A stretch of 41,852 nucleotides of DNA from the NCBI GenBank assembly GCA_021324035.1, contig JAJPJU010000188.1, positions 1-41,852 on the forward strand, given 5' to 3'. The notes beneath the pieces were generated by a model that saw only the letters and a list, made by a program, of their open reading frames with translations, had not been told where the DNA came from and searched no databases. The position numbers and the translations under genes were made by a program. The stretch is from Spartobacteria bacterium. GTDB taxonomy: Bacteria > Verrucomicrobiota > Verrucomicrobiia > Chthoniobacterales > UBA10450. This document shows positions 40,487 to 41,852 of the stretch, one piece after another (positions within the stretch are counted from its first letter, which is position 1; each line of letters opens with the position of its first letter).

Positions 40487-41266
40487 GTGCGCCTACCAGA
40501 ACCTTTGAAGAGACCGCTTCGCCCTCTGTGGGAGCTGGGATTGAAAATGATTTATGGGCGCAAAGGAATGCCCGTCGTGGTTAACGAATTCACTTTCAAC
40601 GTCGATCCATCGGTGCGCTTTTTATTTACGCGTTCCTACGATCCAGAAATCGCCTCAATTCTGGATCGCAGTCTCAAACCGGGAATGTGCTGTTGGAATG
40701 TTGGCGCGAACGTCGGCATCCATACGTTGCAATTGGCGGAAAAAGTCGGCCCGACCGGGACGGTTGTCGCGTTCGAGCCTAACCCCCACGCGGCCGCATT
40801 GCTCCGTCGTAACGTGGAGTTCAACAACTACGCCGGCCGCGTAACGATAGTTCAGGCAGCAGTCGGTGAGGTTGAAGGCACAACTGATTTTTTCGTCGCG
40901 GGGTTCGACGGTATGGGACGAGCTCAACGTCCTAATCCGCTGCTTGGCGAGAAAACGAGCCGCGTGTCGGTCCCAGTCGTGACGCTGGACACTTTTGTGA
41001 AATCACAGCGACGGAGACCAGATTGTATCGTCATGGATATTGAAGGGTGGGAAATCGCGGCCCTTCGCGGCGCGCGAACGCTCCTCGCTTCACAACCGTC
41101 ACCGCTTTGGGTGATCGAGCTTCATCCAGACGCGTGGCAGTGGTCCGGGCATTCCCGAGAAGACTTGGAAACGCTTTTGCGTGAATGCGGCGTATCGGCA
41201 AAACCGGTGTCCGGCCAGGGAGACCCGTTGTCGCAATACGGGCACGTCTTACTTTATCCGCAGTAA
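40487..41266 (+). CDS. FkbM-family SAM-dependent methyltransferase
   Basis: CWNVGANVGIHTLQLAEKVGPTGTVVAFEPNP...TLDTFV...PDCIVMDIEGWEIAALRGA is the typical FkbM pattern. GTG start; the exact start is uncertain. Confidence 0.8.
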   Translation: MRLPEPLKRPLRPLWELGLKMIYGRKGMPVVVNEFTFNVDPSVRFLFTRSYDPEIASILDRSLKPGMCCWNVGANVGIHTLQLAEKVGPTGTVVAFEPNPHAAALLRRNVEFNNYAGRVTIVQAAVGEVEGTTDFFVAGFDGMGRAQRPNPLLGEKTSRVSVPVVTLDTFVKSQRRRPDCIVMDIEGWEIAALRGARTLLASQPSPLWVIELHPDAWQWSGHSREDLETLLRECGVSAKPVSGQGDPLSQYGHVLLYPQ

Positions 41267-41270
41267 TCGA

Positions 41271-41852
41271 TCACCGATTCGCCGCGACGCGTTCGCTCGG
41301 AATTTTGAACTGCTCGATCTGATCTTTGATGTCGCGAACGAACGAGGCCGCGCCGGCGCCGTTCACCACACGATGATCGAACGTGAGCGAAAGTGTAATG
41401 ACTTCGGTGGTTTCGTTTTTCTTTCCGTTCGGAATGATTTCCCGGTGCGCAGTACCAACAAACAGGGTTCCGACCGACGGCGGAACGACGATTGGCGCGC
41501 CCACTTTAACGCCGAACGCGCCAAGACTGGTTATCACAACCGGCGCATTCATGGCATCGACCCGGCCTTTGCGCGTCTCATTCACCGTGTCGTCATAAAT
41601 TTTTACGAACTCGGGCCAGCTCTTCGTGTTCGCCTCGGCAATCACCGCGGTTGCAAGGCGATCGCCTTCCAGCGCGACCGCCATCCCGAGATCGAAGTTC
41701 TCGTTCTCGACGATACTTTCGTCTTCCAGAATCAATCGCCGAAATGGCGCGTGTTTTTCCATCGCCCGGACAACCGCCCACGCGATCATCACTGAAGGGG
41801 AGGGGGCGCTTCTGCCATTTGTTTTCTTGGCCGCATCGCGCGCTTTCGAAAT
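41271..41852 (-). CDS. 2-oxoacid dehydrogenase E2 (dihydrolipoamide acyltransferase) catalytic domain, C-terminal part; 5-prime end outside window
   Basis: The frame stays open to the window end (I checked 41793-41852 codon by codon and found no stops). Catalytic motif: LSLTFDHRVVNGAGAASFVRDIKDQIE. Confidence 0.85.
   Translation of the reverse strand: MSKARDAAKKTNGRSAPSPSVMIAWAVVRAMEKHAPFRRLILEDESIVENENFDLGMAVALEGDRLATAVIAEANTKSWPEFVKIYDDTVNETRKGRVDAMNAPVVITSLGAFGVKVGAPIVVPPSVGTLFVGTAHREIIPNGKKNETTEVITLSLTFDHRVVNGAGAASFVRDIKDQIEQFKIPSERVAANR

Noticed and set aside
1-41852. Mobile elements, prophage, toxin-antitoxin or known defence-system genes, and tRNA or rRNA genes.
   Set aside because: No ORF shows transposase, integrase, recombinase, nuclease/helicase defence or phage structural motifs, and I recognised no tRNA-like cloverleaf or rRNA sequence by eye. 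Absence cannot be proven without tRNAscan or HMM searches.

Overview
Moderately GC-rich bacterial chromosomal window. Gene content and repeat style suggest a soil Verrucomicrobiota-like organism, but that is only a guess. All family calls come from motif recognition by eye, with no database search. I recognised no rRNA, tRNA, CRISPR array, transposase, integrase or phage genes. (1) The dominant feature is at 3.2-20.4 kb on the minus strand: eight paralogous genes plus one decayed 5-prime stump, covering about 14.8 kb of a 17.2-kb span. They encode membrane-anchored proteins with a conserved FFAELKRRNVYKVAVAY N-terminus, three TM segments, a TolB-N-terminal-like SIAVLPFxNLS module, a variable TPR region and a DPxxDxLRxDPRFxxL tail. 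None has a recognisable output domain. They fall into three subtypes (L, M, S), the L-M-S order occurs twice, and consecutive genes are joined by overlapping stop/start codons. One copy is frameshifted and one has an in-frame deletion of the core motif. This is my best candidate for an uncharacterised envelope system. (2) The second notable signal is a class of intergenic elements at 20.5, 22.0, 23.6 and 33.7-38.1 kb built from 3-5 tandem heptamers. Most are arranged as about 30-nt inverted arms around a 33-62 nt spacer. Each locus uses a different heptamer, so the architecture is conserved and the sequence is not. (3) The remaining genes are: a partial FMN-dependent hydroxy-acid dehydrogenase, a poly-Q-tailed secreted protein, a GlxA-type regulator with a DJ-1/PfpI-YHS protein, two flavoprotein oxidoreductases, a DenV-like glycosylase, KTSC and BNR proteins, a LolA-like/MMPL/lipoprotein/flavoprotein module, LptF/G, an orphan rpsN followed by metal-related genes (CNNM/CorC, CPXCG, mntH), a USP, a GT4 glycogen-synthase-like enzyme, an FkbM methyltransferase and a partial E2 acyltransferase. 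The two single-base frameshifts (about 8600 and about 31206) could be real pseudogenes or assembly errors.
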